Assembly (NCBI GenBank): GCA_964019425.1
Contig: OZ025784.1
Coordinates: 1,550,001-1,614,000 of the forward strand
Origin: Flectonema sp. DT1601
Lineage: Eukaryota
DNA length: 64,000 bases
Direction of reading: 5' to 3'
Below, piece after piece: positions 59,801-64,000 of this stretch (within the stretch, counting starts at the first letter, position 1; each line of letters starts with the position of its first letter). Below the pieces are notes generated by a model that saw only the letters and a list, made by a program, of their open reading frames with translations, was not told where the DNA came from and made no database searches. Both the position numbers and the translations under genes were made by a program.

Positions 59801-60524
59801 AAAGAAAAAAAAAAAAAAAAAAAAAGGAGAATTTTTTTTAATTGACCTTTCTATGATACGTACATATCAATAGCCCCCCCCCTCCACACTCTGGTATTTT
59901 AATTTAATTTATTTGTGTTTTTTTTTTAAAAAAAAAAAAATGCAATTCCCTTGGGATAGAAATCATATTGTGTGTCGCTCTTTCTTTTTTTTCTTCTTCT
60001 TTTTTTTTTTTTTTTTTGTGTGCCTTGTTGTATTTGATAGAAAGAGAATTGTGACAGTGAATGACCCGTTATTATTTCTTGAATATTATAACTGTTGTGC
60101 ATACTCACTCACACAAAAAAAAGAAAAAAGAAAAAAAAGAAAAAAAAAAAAATGCACAGGAGAAATGTGAATTTATTGTCAGATTATTCTGGAAAAACAC
60201 AAACTAGTGTTCTTTAGCAATTTAAACAAAGCTGCCAATTCCTCCCGAGAGAGATGTGCTTAACTAAAGATATATATATCATAAGAACTTGTGATCACAA
60301 TCAAAAGATAAAAATAAAACAAAAATAAATAAGCAACTATACCAAGCACTTACTAAGTGGGGATGATTCAGTCTCAATTCTGATGAAGAGATAGAGTAGA
60401 CGGGTTAGAGAGCTAGGGTATCAAGTAAACTATATTCTTTTATGTATTTTGATAACAAATACGATTGTATTTTTTACAAAAAAAAAAATTAATCAAGCAA
60501 TTAAGTTCCAGTCCGATGCTGCAT

Positions 60525-60560
<36 letters not shown>

Positions 60561-61440
60561 TGTTTAATCTTCCCTTGTGCGATTCCAACCAATATTTTCA
60601 AATCATTTTTTAAAAACGTGTGAGTTCTGGCAGACATGGACACTTTTTTTCTTTTTTCACGGATTTTTCAGAGAGGGTCTTGTTTAGGTTCAAGGTTGTA
60701 AGCGGTGGATTTATATGTTTTTTTCGTTTCTAAAAAAAAACAATGCGTGTTGAAAATGGTTAAGAAAAAGAAGGTAAAAACTGCGTTTTGTTCTGGAGTG
60801 GCATCGATTTTCGAGACAGATACTTTTTAATATTAAAAAAAAAAAAATATTTCAATCCTTGAAAATCTAAAATTAATCAAACCTGGTTTGGGTTGTACAA
60901 TATCAAAGCAGCTGGATAATCATCAAAAGTAGAAACGCGGGGTAAAAGTTTCACCCGCAGGTTATGATGTGTTTCTAGCATAGCGAACCATGACTGGGAG
61001 TTGTCAAAAAACAACATATTTTTATATTTCAGTTTGAATTTTGCGATCAGAATCGCAGTTTTACGACTTGAATCATAACATTTGTGAGGTTACTGACAAA
61101 AGTTGAAAACCCCGTCTTTGGGAACGCCTCTGTGAAAGGCGAATATGTCAATTTGTGTTTTCTTCCCACGAAAAAAAGAAATTAAAAAAGTGCACAAAAA
61201 AGGAAAGGAAAAAAAAGAAAAAAAAAAACTTAAGGTATTCAACAGTATATCATAACTACTATTTTAGGCATTTTTTGATTTCATTCTATGGCCCCCCCCA
61301 ACAGTCCTAATGAAAAGTTAAAGCAGCTCGGGGAGAAGTATCGGCATCGACAGTAATGATTATTATTTTGGTGTCGGATTTTATTTTTTATTCGTTCTTT
61401 TCCATTCCTTTGAAGATTCCTCACTCTCTTACATCACAAA

Positions 61441-61838
61441 ATGGGTTTCCTCGACGCTGATATCCTCTACCCTTCCCTGAAGGACCAGAAGAACGCTCAC
61501 AAGCGTAAGAGATTGGTTCAGGGACCAAAGTCAAGCTTCCTTGACGTGAAGTGCCCTTCATGCTTCCAGGTTTGTATTTACCTTGAGAGTAGCTTTATAC
61601 CAACGTGAAATTATAAACGAATTCATAAATAGGTCACCACCATCTTCAGCCACGCATCCACTGTTGTTGTCTGTGCTTCATGCAGCACCGTCTTGGCCCA
61701 GCCAGCTGGTGGAAAGGTTTGTTTTCACTTGTTTTAGTACCTTTTTAAACAATGATTAAAAAACGTTGAGGGAAAAAAAAAAAAAAAAAACAGGCTCGTC
61801 TTACCCCAGGAAGCAGCTTCCGTACCAAGAACGAGTAG
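61441..61838 (+). CDS. RPS27: 40S ribosomal protein S27 (eS27), 85 aa; exons 61441-61569, 61633-61716, 61794-61838
   Basis: Spliced product [85 protein letters not shown]. Absent from the ORF track. Confidence 0.96.
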
Positions 61839-62432
61839 GAGTGACTGCTGGCCAGCTGTTTTCACAACAACACAAAAGGAATCAAAAAGTAATGTAAAGG
61901 CGCGCGATTCGCACCCACAGAACTGTTTACTGCTACGGGCTAAGAGGCAATGTCTATCTTTTAATATCAATCACTATGAAAAACTCATCACGATGATGTG
62001 TTAATGACCTTTATGTGGAGTTGTATTTGACATTTCCAGTACTCTTTACGTTTTTAGAACCTTGCGAGGCAAGAAGGAATACAAAAAAATAAAAAATAAA
62101 AAATAAAAATAAAAATAAAAGAATTTTTAACAATGTTGTATGAATTGGAAGAATATTATTATTTTATACTACGGGTTGCGGGACTAACCCAACGGCGCAA
62201 CTGAAAGCCACATTCGTAGACAACAGCCTCTTTGCCCGTACAGCAATTGATCAATGTGGAGTTTCAATATGATTAGGTTCATTCTTGTTGTTATTACCTG
62301 ACTTTCAACATGTTCACAAACACAATATGACGGGTCATGAAAGAGAGAAAAACTATCCTTGAAGTGGAACTGACATCTGAAAAGGCTTTACCTCACTAAC
62401 TTAATTACAGTCCCAAAGGGAAATAATAAAAA

Positions 62433-63286
62433 ATGGCACTCAGGGTAACCCCCAGAGCTCTCTCGTTCTACCCGCTGAGATCACCGAACTTCAAACAGCG
62501 GGCGGATAAGGTTTTCTTTAGACCATGGGCACTATTTCCATTCTGTATGTTGCCTTGATAATGTGTTTTGTATTTATTGAAGTAAGTTAGTAAGGGATCA
62601 TCGGAATTAAAAAACAAACAAACAGTGCATTCGACATTCCCAACTACTGATGCTCTTAAGTCATACAAGAGAAAGCGTGTTGAAGTTGAGCGTCCAGCTG
62701 AGGCGTGGAGATGGGATCAGAGAGGTAACATTTGGTTGCCAAACGAGCACGAACAAGAAGAGTTCAACCATCTGTATGCATTTTATTAACGTGTTGTTGT
62801 TTTTGTTGTTGTTGTTGTTTTTGTATTGTCTTTTATAATAATATTAAATAAACAGCCCATACGTTGGAGTTGGACACTTGTACGAAGAGCTTGCTGGATC
62901 TGAAAAGAACCCAATCGTTCTCACTTTCAGTGGTTCAGAAGATGACGAATTCTTCTTCGCATGCACTGGTGACTGCGCACGTATGTAGATATTATGTTTC
63001 ACTTTATTATGTTCTCTGAATCTATAATGGTAGAGAAAACAAAACAAAAACAGCAAACATGGGTAAAGCCCCACGTTACTTCCAGATCTTTGGTAACACT
63101 ACTATGATGTGCCCAGACTGTGGTCAACACTTCCACGCCAAGGCTGTTGAGGATGTTATTTTAGATCCTGACTGTCCACGTAACTGGCCTGATCACCCAA
63201 GATTCAGACAGCCACTTTTGTACGAGGAGGTTGAAGAACTTATTGAGGAATGGTTAGACCGTGGTGTTGAGATTATGTTGTATTAA
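62433..63286 (+). CDS. Cytochrome c oxidase subunit 5B-like (yeast Cox4-type zinc subunit), 205 aa, copy 1; exons 62433-62544, 62626-62773, 62856-62980, 63054-63286
   Basis: Three GTATG...AG introns give a 618-nt CDS. Presequence-like MALRVTPRALS. GSEKNPIVL...ACTGDC...MCPDCGQHF matches the COX5B GTxxxPxxV...GCxG...CxxCGxxF pattern. Confidence 0.75.
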
Positions 63287-63684
63287 GGATTCTACTACAG
63301 TGTCCCACTCTGCTTTCAAAAGCAAACCTGAACAAGCACGAGCTATGCTCATTGAGCCTCTGGCTAGCGATACCAGCCTTGGTTGGTTACCAAAAAAGAA
63401 ATAAAAAAACGAGAAAAAAGAAACTAACAAAGTATATATTCGGTAAATATTTGCGATCTCTCTACGAACAAGGATCACAGTGTACCAGTGTTTTTTCAAT
63501 TAGCTAGCGAGTGTTGACGTAGTTATGTTATCTGGCAGTCTGTTGTTGGTTTCGTATTCTAATTATTTCAGGGAAATAATTTAATAAATGAGATTTGAGC
63601 TCGAGATGATTATTCTATTCTGTTATTACGTATTTAGAGTACATTGGTAATCTTAGTTACAGTCCCAAAGGGAAATAATAAAAA

Positions 63685-64000
63685 ATGGCACTCAGGGTAA
63701 CCCCCAGAGCTCTCTCGTTCTACCCGCTGAGATCACCGAACTTCAAACAGCGGGCGGATAAGGTTTTCTTTAGACCATGGGCACTATTTCCATTCTGTAT
63801 GTTGCCTTGATAATGTGTTTTGTATTTATTGAGTTAGTTGAGGGGACGGAACTAATAAATAAAAAAACAAACAAACAGTGCATTCGACATTCCCAACTAC
63901 TGATGCTCTTAAATCATACAAGAGAAAGCGTGTTGAAGTTGAGCGTCCAGCTGAGGCGTGGAGATGGGATCAGAGAGGTAACATCTGGTTGCCAAACGAG
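63685..64000 (+). CDS. COX5B-like tandem copy 2 (3'-truncated by the window edge); exon 1 63685-63796, exon 2 from 63879
   Basis: Near-identical to 62433 onward, with a repeat period of 1252 nt. Two synonymous changes in the visible exon 2. The intron differs in its middle and 3' part. Confidence 0.85.

Noticed and set aside
62170..62245. tacgggt...gcccgta-ca hairpin as a possible H/ACA-like RNA
   Set aside because: Only a 7-bp closing stem; no identifiable pseudouridylation pocket or target.
1..64000. CRISPR arrays, rRNA, intact tRNA genes, autonomous transposons, non-GT-AG introns
   Set aside because: None recognised by eye; all reconstructed introns are GT-AG.

Overview
AT-rich eukaryotic nuclear DNA with long poly-A and poly-T tracts, almost certainly from a euglenozoan. 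The evidence is an eS27 N-terminus ([11 protein letters not shown]) of the kinetoplastid type and every credible gene lying on the + strand. Frequent short GT-AG introns point to a diplonemid-like rather than a kinetoplastid genome (inference). About 23 protein genes or copies are present. They include an ADO/PCO thiol dioxygenase, a STE11/Cdc15-like kinase, a degenerate FAS-type PPTase, an LRR+zinc-knuckle protein, a UBL+BspA-LRR+CaaX protein and a 9-exon outer-arm dynein heavy chain (4653 aa). Also present are a zeta-toxin-like kinase, a UBL+ankyrin protein, a DM10-like protein, a large LVIVD/cadherin-like surface protein, a tandem ZFAND1-type UBL+CaaX protein, a Pet100-like small protein and three RPS20 copies. 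The window ends with a 3-exon methyltransferase-like gene, two sulfotransferases, RPS27 and two COX5B-like copies. RPS27 is absent from the ORF track, and RPS20 and COX5B appear only as fragments. The most notable signals are: (i) 23 introns with GTWTG donors, T-rich 5' halves and A/C-rich acceptors lacking a polypyrimidine tract, in contrast to pyrimidine-rich putative trans-splice acceptors; (ii) a two-hairpin structured RNA inside one RPS20 intron; (iii) several UBL-headed or prenylated repeat proteins; and (iv) probable pseudo-enzymes. All homology calls come from motif recognition by eye; no searches were run.
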